Positions 13,340-26,830 of a stretch of 64,000 nucleotides of DNA are shown here, piece after piece. Source of the stretch: Mobula hypostoma. Taxonomy: Eukaryota. The notes below the pieces were generated by a model. It was not told the DNA's origin. It was given only the letters and a program-made list of their open reading frames with translations, and searched no databases. Every line of letters starts with the position of its first letter. The stretch's first letter is position 1. The DNA is taken from assembly GCF_963921235.1 (NCBI RefSeq), contig NC_086097.1, positions 145,888,001 to 145,952,000 on the forward strand, given 5' to 3'. The position numbers were made by a program, and so were the translations under genes.

Positions 13340-13580
13340 ATCTGAATTCCATCCAGGAGGAATTTCATTAGCCAGAGAGTTGTAAATCTGTGGAATTCAT
13401 TGCCACAAATTGCTATAGAGGCCACATCATTGGGTATATTTAAAGTGGTGGTTGATTGGTCCTTGATTAATAAAGGAGTCAAAGGTCATGGGAAGATGTC
13501 AGGAGAATGGGTTTGAGAGGGAAAATACAGGTTAATGGGATAAGAGGCCTATTTCAGTATTTTATGTTTCTCTGATTCTA
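13340..13580 (+). mobile_element. CR1 3' fragment
   Basis: GGAGGAATTTCATTAGCCAGAGAGTTGTAAATCTGTGGAATTC (RNFFSQRVVNLWNS-like). Confidence 0.7.
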
Positions 13581-13964
13581 TAAAATTTCTCATCATCTTG
13601 GTGCTCAATCCTGGAAGGCCCTGCAATTAGGAATATCCTTCCTGGCCTCTCTTATGTCTGATTATCGAGCCCAGGAGTCAGTTTGGTAAACCTTTGCTGT
13701 ACTCCTTCCATGAGTTTGCATAGAAACCTAAAAGTATGTCCAGATAGGCTAGATACAGGAAGGATATTCCCAGTTACAGGAGCACCAAGTTGAGGAGAAA
13801 TTCTTCTTCAAAAAGGAGACCTACTCTGCACACTCTACTCAAATTGTTGTCTCACAAGTGTCCTCTAAATTTTCAGTAACATTTCCTTGCCTCTATGTCT
13901 GATTTATTTTACTATGAAAGCTGATTTACCATTTACCATCTGGTGAACCTCATTTTTTAAATAT

Positions 13965-14158
13965 ACAGTATTTCTGTTTTTTGAATGTTTTTAATCATTT
14001 CAATATATGTATACTGTAACTGATTTATTTATTTATTTGCTTATTATTTTATTTCATTTTTTTTTCTAGATTATGTATTGCATTGAATTGCTGCTGCGGC
14101 TCAGTTAACAATTTTTACGTCACATGACAGTGATAATAAACCTGATTCTGATTCTGAT
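13965..14158 (+). mobile_element. Rex1-type 3' UTR stub
   Basis: Ends AATAAACCTGATTCTGATTCTGA. Confidence 0.7.
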
Positions 14159-14653
14159 TACTTTGATAGGTGCACAAGGATACTTAGAACATGTTGCACC
14201 TCCTCCTTTCCCAATCTGTTGTCATTCAGATTATAATAATAATTCTTGTTTTTGTCACTAAAGTTGATCTCAGCTCACTTATCCACAATATATTGCATCT
14301 TTTGCACAAACAATATTGACGTTGCTTTGTCAATGGAAAGCTGTTCCAGCAAATCCACAACAAGATCATTTTGCTGTCAAACTAATGTAAAAACACAAAC
14401 TGTTTGCATGAAAGTCGTGTTTGTTTTACATGATTTATAAAACAGAACTTGGAATATGCAAACCTTTCCACTTGTGAATGGATTACTGAACCAAAGGAAA
14501 GGGATGTTGCTAAGTCCTGCATCACTCATTTCAAGATTATTATCTGCAGATATGAATTTGTGTGTTGTTAAACAATTAGATAAGGTTATTTGTAACAAGA
14601 AGAAGCCATACACTTGAAGGAAGTTTTCCTGTTAAGGGGATTTAATCTACATG

Positions 14654-14915
14654 GCTTACTTACTTACATAACCCCATCACCTCTACTGGGGCGTAGGCCG
14701 CTAACAGCAGCAACACACCAGAGTCCTCTGTCATGGGTCAGTCCTTCAAGTTGTCCCAAGTATTAGCCCATCTTCTCCTTCCTCTCGCAGGGATGAAACC
14801 TCTGGAGCTTCTAGGGGCGTTTCTGTAGCACAGGACTTTTACAGGATGTGGTTGCTAACTCCATACCCAACCCTCCTCCTTTCATAGTTGGGTTTGGGAC
14901 CATCCATAGTGACGT
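14654..14915 (-). mobile_element. Short RTE-derived non-autonomous element
   Basis: (TAAG)n tail on the minus strand and a 3' end resembling the RTE tail at 48190-48270. Confidence 0.5.
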
Positions 14916-15214
14916 TATCTCCAGGGCTTTAATAGACCAGTGTTAGTCACAATAGGTAAGTGGAACTACAGAATTAGACACCATATTCTACTTGAATTTG
15001 ATTTTACTCATCTAGAACAAGAGAAATTTTCCTTGAAATGGATGAACAAAAAAAAATATTTTGCGCTTTCTAGACCTTTCCTGAATATAAATGGTGGAGA
15101 AAAGTGAATCATATTACATGTTGTATCCTATCTCCTTGGGGCTCGCTTGATGGGCAAGCTAGAGCTTTCATGTCCATTAGCACAATGGAAACCATTTTTG
15201 TGCTGAGTTGTCAC

Positions 15215-15905
15215 TCTAAGAGCTGGAGGAACTCACTAGGTTAGGTATTATCTTTGTAGGGAAGTAGTCAACCTTTCAGGTCAAGACTGAAAGAAAGAGA
15301 GAAGATAGCTGGTATAAAAAGGTGGAGGGAAAGGATGGAACAAGAGGTTGTGGGTGATAGGTGGATCTAGGTGAGAAGCTGATTGGCAGATGAGGGAAGA
15401 GTAAGAATAGGAATAATGTTATAAGTTGGGAGATGATTTGTGGAAGTGACAAAGGACTGAAGAAGATAGGAGAAGCAGATGAACTAAAGGCAGGGAAGTG
15501 TGGAAGGGAACCAGCGGAAATACTGTGTGAGTGATGGGCAGATGGAGATGGTGGGGCGGGGATGAAGATAGGCTCATGGGAGTTAGGTGGATCAAGAGGA
15601 AAGAGAAAAGGAAAAAGGCAGAAAGGATAGGCTGGTGGAATTGTAGGTGACTGGAAAATTGTATTCTTGCTCTGCTTTTGGGGTGGGATTTGGTGAGACC
15701 AGAAAGGCAGGAAATAGACGGATATGGATGAAGGCACCATTGGTAGTCGGAGGTGTATGTGTGGGACAGTGGGTGGGGGGGTGGGGGACCCTGTTTTCTG
15801 AAAAAGCAGGACATCTCAAATGACCTGGAATTACAGACCTTCTTGTGAGAACAGATGCAGCAGAGATGGAGGAGCTGGGTAAAGGGAAAGGCGTCATTGC
15901 AAGTG
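15215..15905 (-). mobile_element. Penelope-like element, decayed, inverted relative to 15910-16135
   Basis: Minus-strand remnant around DAFPFTQLLHLCCICS, a pyrimidine-rich 3' region and a terminal-repeat remnant. Confidence 0.65.
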
Positions 15906-15909
15906 ATGT

Positions 15910-16135
15910 CATGCAAATGCTTCAGTGTATTTCTTGCACCTGATGCTCCAGGTGTGGCCTCCACTACATCGATGTGACCAGACACAGATTGGGTTACTGC
16001 TTTGTTGAGCTCCTTTGCCCCCTCTGACACGCCAGCCTGGATTCCCCACTTGCCAGCCATTTGAAATCTCCTCCCCATTCCCACATCAACATGCCTGTCT
16101 GCAGCCTCCTTCACTGTCAAATCAAAACTAAGTGT
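15910..16135 (+). mobile_element. Penelope-like GIY-YIG fragment; continues at 24875-25385
   Basis: Similar to the GIY-YIG region at 33200-33470; sequence resumes at 24876 (AAATGCAAGTTGGGGGAACAGC). Confidence 0.7.
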
Positions 16136-19100
16136 CCTAGGTCTGGGACATAAGTACAACTACGAGGAAAGCAGGGCAGCGCCTCTACCTCCTTAGGAGT
16201 TTGTGTACATTTGGCATGTCATCTAAACCTTGACGAATTTCTATAGATGTGAAGGATTTTAACCTAGAACTGGATGAACTCTGGATCATTCAGGAGGCTG
16301 AAGGGGTGATAGGTAGGACATATGGAGAGGTGGTTACACCCCAGGTGCAGGGCACAGGAAAATGGAAAAGGGGAAATAAGAAAGGGGAAAGGGTTTTAGG
16401 AGCCAGTGCAGAGTAACCCTGTGGCCCTCTCAACAAAAGGTATACTGCTCTGGATACCATTGAGGGGGATGACCTAGCAGAGGAAAGTCACAGCGGTCAG
16501 GTCTCTGGCACTGAGTCTGTCTCTGCGATTCAGAAGGGAAGTGGGGAGAAGAGGCACGCTGTAGTGATAGGGGAGCCATTAGTTACGGGAAGAGAAAGGA
16601 GGTTCTGTGGACAAGAATGAGATTCCCATATGGTATGTTGCCTCTCCAGTGCCAGGGTCCTTGATATCTTGGATTAAGGCCTCAGCATTCTTAAGTGGGA
16701 GGGTGAACAGCCAGAGCTAGTGCTCCATGTAGGTACCAATGACACAGGTAGGAAGAGTGACGAGGTTCTGCAAAGTGAGTTCAGGGAGTTAGGTGCTAAG
16801 TTAAAGGGAAGGATCTCCAGGGTTGTGATCTCAGGATTGCTACTTGTGCTATGTGCTAGTGAGGCCAGAAATAGGAAGATTATTTACTTTAACAAATGGC
16901 TAAGGAGTTGGTGTAGGAGGGAAGGCATAAGATTTTTGGATCATTGGGCACTCTTTCAGGAAAGGTGGGACCTGAACAGAAGAGATGGTTTGTACCTGAA
17001 CTGGAAGGTGACTGGTATCTTAGCGGGAAGGTTTGCAAGTACTACGTGGTGGAGTTTAAACGGGAGTTGCAAGGGGATAGAATCCAGAGTGCCAGAACAA
17101 ATAATGGAGAGATTGTGGAGCCAGACGTTGCTAAGACCTCAGGCAAAGTCAGGAATCAAAATGGTGAGTATGGTGCAACTAATGTCCTGAGCTGCATATA
17201 TTTCAATGCAGGAAGTATCGTATGAAAAGCAGACGAGTTCAGGGCATGGATCAACACCTGGAATTATGATATTGTAGCCATTAGTGAGACTTGGTTGCAG
17301 GAGGGCAGGACTGGCAGCTCAATATTCTGGGCTTCTGTTCTTTTAGATGCAACAGAGCAGGGGGAGGGGTGGCGTTACTAGTCATGACAGTGCTCAGACA
17401 GGACAGACTGGAGAATTCATCTAGTGAGGCTTTATGGGTGGAACTGAGTAAGAAGGAAGGTATGACCACTTTAATGGGGCTATATTACACATTAGCTAAC
17501 GGTCTGATGGACTTAAAGGAACAAATTTGTAGAGAAATCACAGACTGCTGCAAGGAACATAAGACCGTCATAGTAGGTGATGTTCATTTTCCACATATTG
17601 ACTGGGATTCCCATACTGTAAAAGGACTAGATGGGATAGAGTTTGTCAAATGTGTTCAGGAAAGTTTCCTTTATCAATATACAGAAGTCCCAGAAGCAAG
17701 TGTGCAATAATTGATTTGCTATTAGGGAATGAGACGGGGCAGGTGACAGAAGCTTGTGTTGAGGAACACTGCATCTGGTGATCACAGTGCCATTAGCTTC
17801 AAAGTAAATATGGAAAAGTATACATCTAGTCTGCAGGTTGAGACTAAATTGGAGAAAGGCCATTTTTGATAATATCAAAAATGATCTGGGATGCACTGTT
17901 TTCTGGCAAAGGTGTATTTGGTAAGTGGAAGGCCTTCAAAAATGAAATGTTGAGAGTACAAAGCTTCCATGTGCCCATCGGAATAAAAGGTAAGGGTAAC
18001 AAATGTAGGGAACTTTGGCTTTCTAGAGATATTGAGGCCCTGGTAAAGTAGAAAGGGAGGCGCATTGCAGCTATAGGAAGTTAGGAACAGATAAGGTGCT
18101 TATAGAAAATAACAAATGCAAGATAAGAAAGAAATCAGGAGGGCTAAAAAAAGACACGAGGTTGCCCTAGCAGAAAAACTGAAGATGAACCTTAAGGGAT
18201 TCTACAGATCTGTTAAGAGCAAAAGAATTGCAAGCGACAAAACTGGTCCTCTGGAAGATCAGAATGGTAATCCATGTGTGGAGCCAAAAGATTTGGGACA
18301 GATCTTAAATAAATTCTTTGTATCTGTATTTATTCAAGAGACAGACACAGTGTGTAAAGAAGTGAGGCTAGGTGGCATCAACTTCAAGGACCCTATACAG
18401 ATTACAGAGGAGGAGGTGTTTGCTGTCCTGAGACAAATCAGGGTGGATAGATCTCCAGGGCCTGACAAGGTGTTCCCTTGGACCCGGTGGGAGGCAAGTG
18501 CAGAATTTGCTGGGGCACTAGTAGAGATATTTAAATCATCCCTAGCAATAGGAAAAGGACCAGAGGATTGGAGGATAGCATTGTGGTTCCTCTGTTTAAG
18601 AAACACTGAACATAAACCAGAAAATTATAGGCCAGTGACTCTGATGTCAAGAGTGGGAAATTTATAGAAAAGTATTCTAAGGGAACAGATATTTGAATAG
18701 ACAGGGACTGATTAGGGATTGTCAGCATGGCTTCGTGCATAGTAGATGGTTCTAACTAATCTTATAGAGTATTTTTGAGGGAGTTTCCAGGGAAGTTGAT
18801 GAAGGCAGGGCAATGGATGTTGTTTTCATGAACTTTAACAAGGCATTTGACAAAGTCCCACATGGGAGGTTGGTCAAGAAGGTTCAATCGCTCGGCATTC
18901 AAGATGAGGTAGAGGATTAGACGTTGACTTTGTGGGAGAAGCCAGAGTGTGGTACTAGATGGTTGCCTCTCCGACTAGAGGCCTGTGATTAGAAGAGTGA
19001 TGTAGGGATTGGTGATGGGTCCATTGTTGTTTGATATCATTGTTGTCCGTTGTTGTCATTATATTAATCATCTGGATGATAATCTGGTTAACTGGATCAG

Positions 19101-19439
19101 CAAATTTGCAGACAACACCAAGATTTCAGATGTAGTGGACAGTGAAGGAGGTTATCATGGCTTGCAGGGGGATTTGGACCTGCTGGAAAAATGGGGAGAG
19201 AAAAAGTAGATGGAATTTAATGCAGGCAAATTGTGTGGTGCTGTACATCGGTTGGACCAACCAGGGTAGGTCATACACAGTGAATGGCAGGGCACTGAGG
19301 ACTGCATTAGAACAAAGTGATCTGGAAATACAGTCCATAATTCATTGAAAATGGTGTCACAGGTTGATTGGGTCATAAAGAAAGCTGTTTCCACATTGGT
19401 CTTCATAAATCAAAGTATTCAGTGCAGGAGATGGGATAA

Positions 19440-20130
19440 TGTTGTAACGTGGATGAAATCACCAGAGAGACAGAGTCACTGGTAGATACAAAGCAGCTTC
19501 TTTATTCGACACAACAAGGTACAGCAGGCATCATATGGACGGAGACGCTTTCCGCAGAAAGGTCTGCTAGCCCAATGTGGGCTCAATATTTATATGCTAA
19601 ACACAAAGGCAATCACTACTTAAAAAGTTACAGACAGTGCATAGACAATGCTTCCTTTTGAAGCTACCCACAAACATCACACCTTCTGACTTCATCCTTT
19701 CCTTCCGGCGCCAACATGTCTGGGTTAGTATCCAGCAGGCCAGGCAGCATCTCTAGGAAGATGCTGCCTGGCCTGCTGCGTTCACCAGCAACTTTGATGT
19801 GTGTTGCTTGAATTTTCAGCATCTGCAGAATTCCTGTTGTTTGGGTTAGTATCCACTGCCTTTAGGAATGCAAGTTAAATCCACAATACATTTATTTGGC
19901 ATTTCACGTGCTAACATAGAAGACAATTAATATTTATAATGTATAGATAATACTGTCTTCGAAACTACAGCATCTGGTCAAACTACGGTGCCAGAAGCAT
20001 CTGGTATTCACACCTTTTTAGGAAGCGCATTGTGGTGGACTCAATCCACAGTACTTTGTCAAATAGAAGTCTGGAGGCCAAAGTCGTTTACGTGTAAACG
20101 AATCAACTACCCAAAAAACTCACTCTAACA
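19440..20130 (-). mobile_element. Solo LTR (likely Gypsy class)
   Basis: TGTT..AACA termini, 4 bp flanks ATAA/ATAT, minus-strand AATAAA near 19501 and a TATA-like motif near 19590; interrupts CR1 coding sequence. Confidence 0.7.
19735..19841 (+). mobile_element. Penelope terminal-repeat stub with a 5' inversion
   Basis: GCAGGCCAGGCAGCATCT..AGATGCTGCCTGGCCTGC palindrome; TSD TGGGTTAGTATCCA at 19721-19734 and 19842-19855. Confidence 0.85.
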
Positions 20131-20311
20131 ATATAATGCTAAAGTTTTATAAGACATTGGCGAGGCCTGATTGGAAGTATTGTGTGTAGTTTTGGTCGAC
20201 TACCTACAGGGAAGATGTATGTAAATAAGGTTAAAAGAGTACAGAGGTAATTTACAAGGATATTGCTGGGTCAGGAGGACCTGAATTACATGGAAAGATT
20301 GAATAGGTTAG

Positions 20312-23300
20312 AAACATAGAGACATAGAAAACCTACAGCACAATACAGGCCCTTCAGCCCACAACGCTGTGCCAAACATGTACTTATTTTAGAAATTACC
20401 TAGGGTTGACCATAGCCCTCTATTTTTCTAAGCTCCATGTACCTATCCAGGAGCCCCTTAAAAGACCCTATTGTATCCACCGCCAGCAGCCCATTCCACG
20501 CACTCATCAGTCTCTGCATAAAAAACTTACCCCTGACACCTCCTCTATACCTACTTCCAAGCACCTTAAAACTGTGCCCTCTCGTGTTAGCCATTTCAGC
20601 CCTGGGAAAAAGCCTCTGACTATGCACACGATCAATGCCTCTCATCATCTTATACACCTCTATCAGGTCACCTCTCATCCTCCGCTGCTGCAAGGAGAAA
20701 AGGCCAAGTTCACTCAACCTATTCTCGTAAGACATGCTCCCCAATCCAGGCAACATCCTTGTAAATCTCCTCTGCACCCTTTCTATAGTTTCCACATCTT
20801 CCTGTAGTGAGGTGACCAGAACTGAACACTGTACACCAACTGGGGTCTGACCAGGGTCCTATATAGCTGTAACATTACCTCATGGCTCCAATACTCAATC
20901 CCACGGTTGATAAAGGCCAATGCACCATATGCCTTCCTAACCACAGAGTCAACCTGCGCAGTAGCTTTGAGTGTCCTATGGACTCAGACCCCAAGATCCT
21001 TCTGATCCTCCACACTGCCAAGAGTCTTACCATTAATACTGTATTCTGCCAGCATATTTGACCTCAAAAATGAACCACCTCACACTTATCTGGGTTGAAC
21101 TGCATCTGCCACTTCTCAGCCCAGTTTTGCATCCTATCAATGTCCAGCTGTACCTCTGACAGCCCTCCACACTATCCACAACACTCTGAACCTTTGTGTC
21201 ATCAGCAAATTTACTAACCCATCCTCCACTTCCTCATCCAGGTTATTTACAAAAAATCACGAAGAGAAGGGGTCCCAGAACAGATCTCTGAGGCACACCA
21301 CTGGTCACCAACCTCCATGCAGAATATGACCCATCAACAGCCACTCTTTGCCTTCTGTGGGCAAGCCACAAAGCAAGGTCCTCATGGACCTTACTTTCTC
21401 AATAAGCCTTGCATGGGGTACCTTATCAAACGCCTTGCTGAAATCCATATACACTACGTCTGCTGCTCTACCTTTATCAACATGCTTAGTCACATCCTCA
21501 AAAAATTCAGTCAGGCTCATAAGGCATGATCTATCTTTGACAAAGCCATGTTGACTACTCCTAATTATATTATGCCTCCCCAAATGTTCATAAATCCTGC
21601 CTCTCAAGATCTTTTCCATCAGCTTACCAACCACTGAAGTAAGACTCACTGGTCTATAATTTCCTGGGCTATCTCTACTCCCTTTCTTAAATAAGGGAAC
21701 AAAATCTGCAGCCCTCCAATCCTCTGAAATCTCTCCTGTCCCCATTGATGATGCAAAGATCATTACCAGAGGCTCAGCAATCTCCTCCCTCGCCTCTCAC
21801 AGTAGCCTGGGGTACATCTCATCCAGTCCCGGTGACTTATCCAACTCGTTGCTTTCCAAAAGCTCCAGCACATCCTCTTTCTTAATGTCTATATGCTCAA
21901 GCTTTTCAATCTGCTGGAAGTCATCCCTACAATTGCCAAGATCCTTTTCCATAGTGAATACTGAGGCAAAATATTCATTGAGTACCTCCGCTATCTCCTC
22001 CGGTTCCATACACACTTTTCCACTATCACACTTGATTGATCCTATTCTCTCACATTTTATCTTCTTGTTCTTCACATATTTGTAGAATGTCTTGGGGCTT
22101 TCGTTAATCCTGCTCTCAAGGACTTTTCATGGCCCCTTCTGGCTCTCCCAATTTTATTCTTAAACTCCTTCCTGTTTGCCTTATAATCTTCTAGATCTCT
22201 ATCATTACCCAGTTTTTTTGAACCTTTCATAAGCTTTTCTTTTCTTCTTGACTAGATTTTCAACAGCCTTTGTACACCACAGTTCCTGTACCCTACCATC
22301 CTTTCCCTGTCTCATTGGAGCAAACCTATGCAGAACGTCACTCAAAAATTCCCTGAACATTTGCCACATTTCTGCCATACATTTCCCTAAGAACATCTGT
22401 TCTCAATTTATGCTTCCAAGTTCCTGCCTGATAGCTTCATATTTCCCCTTACTCCAATTAAATGCTTTCCTAACTTGTTTGTTTCTATTCCACTCCAATG
22501 CTATGGTAAAGGAGATAGAATTGTGATCTTTATCTCCAAAATGCTCTCCCACTGAGAGACCTGACACCTGACCAGGTTCGTTTCCCAATACCAGATCAAG
22601 TACAGCTTCTCCTCTTGTAGGCTTATCTGCATATTGTGTCAGGAAACCTTCCTGAACACACCTACAAACTCCACCCCATTTAAACCCCTTGCTCTAGGGA
22701 GATGCCAGTCAATATTTGGGAAATTAAAATCTCCCACCATGACAGCCCTGTTATTATTACACCTTTCCAGAATCTGTCTTCCTATCCGCTCCTCAATGTC
22801 CCTGTTACTATTGGGTGGTCTATAAAAAACACCCAGTAGAGTTATTGACCCCTTCCTGTTTCTAACTTCCACCCACAGAGACTAAATAGACAATCCCTCC
22901 ATGACTTCCTCCTTTTCCACAGCCGTGGCACTATCTCTGATCAGCAGTGCCAGGCCCCCACCTCTTTTGCCTCTCTCCCTGTCCTTTCTGAAACATCTAA
23001 AGCCTGGCACTCGAAGTAACCATTCCTGCCCCGAGCCATCTAAGTCTCTGTAATGGCCGCAACATCATAGCTCCAAGAACTGATCCATGCTCTAAGCTCA
23101 TCTGCTTTGTTCATGATGCTTCTTGCATTAAAATAGACATATCTCAAACCATCAGTCTGAGCGTTTCCCTGCTCTATCACCTGCCTATCCTCTCTCTCGC
23201 ACTGACTTCAAGCTTTCTCTATATGTGAGCCCTGCACCCCTTCCTCCGTCTCATCAGTTCAGTTTCCACCCTCCAGCAATTCTAGTTTTAACTCTCCCCA

Positions 23301-23844
23301 GTAGTCTTAGCAAACCTCCCCGCCAGGATATTGGTCCCCCTGGGATTCAAGTGCAAACCATCCGATTTGTAGAGGTTGCACCTCCCCCAAAAGAGGTCCC
23401 AATGATCCAGAAATCTGAATCCCTGCTGCCTGCTCCAATCCTTCAGCCACACATTTATCCTTTTATCCTCCACCTCATTCTATTCCTATATTCACTGTCA
23501 CTTGGCACAGGCAGTAATCCCGAGATTACTACCTTTGTGGTCCTGCTTCTCAACTTCCTTCCTAACTCCCTGTAGTCTGTTTTCAGGACCTCCTCCCTTT
23601 TTCTACCTATGTTGTTGGTACCAATACGTATCACGACCTCTGGCTGTTCACCATCCCACTTCAGGATATCGTGGATGTGATCAGAAGCAACCCAGACTCT
23701 GGCACCTGGGAGGTAAACTACCATCCGTGTTCTTTTCCTGCGTCCACAGAATCACCTGTCTGACCCTCTAACTGTAGAGTCCCCTATTACTGCTGCCTTC
23801 TTCCTTTCCCTACCCTTCTGAGCCACAGCGCCCGACTCTGTGCG
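20312..23844 (-). mobile_element. CR1 LINE (ORF1 esterase to 3' end), decayed
   Basis: ORF pieces IGTNNIG, DGLHLN, GVFYRPPNS, NYRPVSLTS, ERVQRRFTR; tail at 20312-20330; flanks AGGTTAG/AGGTCAG. Confidence 0.92.
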
Positions 23845-24874
23845 AGGTCAGGACTTTATTACTTGGAATGTAAAAGATTGAAAGGAGGTCAAATAGAGGG
23901 ATACAAAATTATGGGGTGTATACTAAGGATAAATGCACGCAAGCTTTTTCCACTGAAGTTGGCTGGGACTACAACGAAAGGTCATGGGTGAAGGGTGAAA
24001 GGAGAAAAGTTTAAGGGGAACATGAGGGGAATCTCTTCACTCAGAGGGTTGTGGAAGTGTGGAACAAGCTGCTAGTGCAAGTGGTGCATGTGAGACCATT
24101 TCAATGTTTAAGAGAAGTTTAGATAGGTACATGGATGGTAGGAGTAAACTGGGCTATTCCCGGTGCAGGTCAATGGGATTAGGCAGTTTAAATGGCTCAG
24201 CACAGACTAGCTGGGCCGAATGGCAAGTTTCTGTCCTGTACTTTTCAATGACTCTATGTGTAGTGGGGAACATATTGACAGGCTACATCACAGACTTGTA
24301 TGGAAACACCAAAGCCCTTGAACAGAAGATCCTACAACAAGTAGCGGATATGGTGCAGTTCGTTACAAATAAAACCCTCCCCACCATTGAACACATCTAC
24401 ACGAGTGTTGTCACGGGAAAGCAGCATCAGGGAACCCACTGCTGAGGACATGCTCTCTTCTCGCAGCTGCCATCAGAAAGAAGGTACAGGATCCTCTGGA
24501 CTCATGGCACCAGGTTCAGGAACAGTTATTACCAACAGCTTCTCGAACCATAGAGGATGACTTCACTTAACTTCACTTGCCCCCTCACTGAGATGTTCCC
24601 ACAACCTGTGGATTCGCTTTCAGGCACTGTTTATCTCATGCTCTTGATTTTTATTGCATCTTTTTTTATTATTATTATTTCTTTCCTTTTGTATTTGTAC
24701 AGTCTGTTGTCGTTTGCACATTGGTCCAATGCCCAAGTTGGTGCAGTCTTCATTGATATGATTATGGTTATTATTCTATTATGGATTTATTGAGTTTGCC
24801 TGTAAGAAAATGAATCTCAGGGTTGTATATGGTGACATGTATATCCTTTGATAATAAATTTACTTTGAAGTTTG

Positions 24875-25385
24875 AAATGCAAGTTGGGGGAACAGCCTCT
24901 CATTCCAGCAGTCTCCAACCTGGGCGGAATGAATGTTGAATTGTCAATCTTCCAGTCGCTCTTTTGTTTTCAATTTTTTTCTCTCCTCCTGATCCACCTG
25001 CCCTCCATCACACTATTTCCCTTTCCCCACTTTATCTTTTAGCCTATCACTCACACACTCCACCCACTGGTTCCCCTCCCTCTCTCCCTTCTCCACTTTT
25101 TTCTCCTATCAGATTCCATCATGTTCAGTCCTTTTTCACATCTGCCTACCACCTCCCACTTTCTAGCTATTGCCCTCTCACCTGGATCCACCTTTCATCA
25201 GCCAGCCCTTTCTCCATTCCTTCCCTCCAAATTTTTTATACTATTTTATTTCCTCTTTCTTTCAGTCTAGATGGAATGTCTCAACCTAAAATGCTGACTG
25301 TCATTTCCCTCCGGTAGATGTGGTTTTGAGTTCTTCCAGTGTCATGTGCTTCAGATTCCAGCACCTACAGTTTCTTGAGTCTCCT
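24875..25385 (+). mobile_element. Penelope-like 3' region with a decayed hammerhead remnant
   Basis: Colinear with 52580-53101; remnant CAGTCTAGATGGAATGTCTCAACCTAAAATGCTGACTG near 25263. Confidence 0.65.
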
Positions 25386-26359
25386 CGGTGCTGCGCTGGT
25401 TGAGTTCACTTTGATTGTCTGTATGGGTGTTACAATTACCTACTCATTTCTGCAATAGGTAAAGTAAAAAAAAATGCCACTATGTCTCCTGGTTCTAATT
25501 GCAATCCAATTGTTCTTGTTATACTGTGTGTCAGAAATGCACAGAGTTGGGCTTTGTTGTGATAGCTTCAGCAGCCAATGAGCCTCTCAATGTTAATTTA
25601 CAATACCAGTAATTCAATTCCCATTCCTCATTCTACACACAAAGGTACATGCACACAAATTAAATAGTCATGTTTTTTGTGCATGCATAAAATATATAAA
25701 TTATATAATTAGTTTAATTATATTGAATATAATTACTATAAATGCTGAAATATTTCATTGGCTGCTGTAACGACTCTGAAAGTCTGCTGAAGTCTAACCA
25801 TTAATTAATTATTAACAGAGAAACCAGCATCTGAGGGAGGACTCTAAGTGAATATAAATAGGTTTCTCATTAAACTAAGGACAAAAATAGCAATCCAAGC
25901 ATAAGTTGGCACCTGTCTGACTTTGGACTTGCTGAGTTCATTAGTTATCTTGTATCTAAATCAATACTTTGAGAAGAGGCGGATTTGAAAACCAGGATCA
26001 TCACAGATTATTTCTCTCTTACCGAACTCATTACATTCTTTGAAAGGAATGTCCAGTTATTTTTAATGCCAAGAATCTGTGGTTTACTGAAAGTGTTTAG
26101 TCAAGATCAATCCGATATTTTTAGATCAAACAGTTGGGAACTGGAATAGGGATATTAGTCAACAAAGCAAATGTGGGGAAGGGAAGTCAAGAAAGCTGGA
26201 GGAATGCAGGAAGGGTGAGGGGAGAAAGAGAAGGCAGTGTTGCTGGAAACCTGTTGGATCAAATGTTTTATTTCTGTGCTATAGTTCTACAATGTGGATA
26301 AAAGTGAACGCGAGAGGAGTAAAATGATAAAGAGAGTGAGAAGGAAAATAAGGATATTT

Positions 26360-26830
26360 TATTTAGAGTTACAGTGCAGAAAAGCCCTGTCTATCCCAAT
26401 GAGCCATATCACCCAGCAACCACCAAATTAACCCTGGCTTAATTGCAGGACAATTTAAAATGACCAGTTAACCTACCTACCCTTATTTGGAGATGTCAGA
26501 GGTAAGTTTTTTATGCAGAGTGGTGAGTGCGTGGAACGGGCTGCCGGCGGCGGTGGTGGAGGCAGAAACGATAGGGTCTTTTAAGAGACTCCTGGATGGC
26601 TACATGGAGCTTAGAAAAATAGAGAGCTATGGGTAAAGCCTAGATAGTTCTACGGTAGGGACATGTTCAGCACAGCTTTGTGGGCCGAAGGGCCTGTATT
26701 GTGCTGTATGTTTTCTGTGTTTCTATGAAACCGGAGCACCCAGAGGAAACCCACACACATATGGAAAGAATGTACTCACTTTCTTACAGAGGATTCCAGA
26801 ATCAAACTCTGAACTCCGATGTCCCAAGCT
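26360..26830 (-). mobile_element. V-SINE (HE1-like) interrupted by a plus-strand CR1 3' stub (about 26490-26727)
   Basis: GAAACCGGAGCACCCAGAGGAAACCCAC (reverse V-domain); CR1 tail TTTTCTGTGTTTCTATG. Confidence 0.7.

Larger units (their letters stand above)
16252..24255 (+). mobile_element. Long decayed CR1 (SGNH-esterase ORF1, APE endonuclease and RT), interrupted by a solo LTR and an antisense CR1
   Basis: ORF1 HVGTND..DGLYLN; ORF2 YFNAGSI, GGGVALLV, VGDVHFPHIDW, NYRPVTL, KFADNTK; TSD ATGTG at 16247-16251 and 24256-24260. Confidence 0.9.
16136..24875 (+). mobile_element. Rex1-type LINE 3' part (16136-16251 plus 24256-24875) split by an 8 kb CR1 nest
   Basis: TTCTATAGATGTG|TAGTGGGGAACATATTGAC rejoins the NFYRCVVxNILTG motif; tail ACTTTGAAGTTTGA. 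Confidence 0.75.

Noticed and set aside
15276..16159. 154 aa and 246 aa minus-strand ORFs
   Set aside because: Low-complexity or antisense readings of decayed Penelope sequence
16720..17190. SGNH/GDSL esterase as a host or captured gene
   Set aside because: It is the known ORF1 esterase of CR1 elements, present in three CR1 copies here
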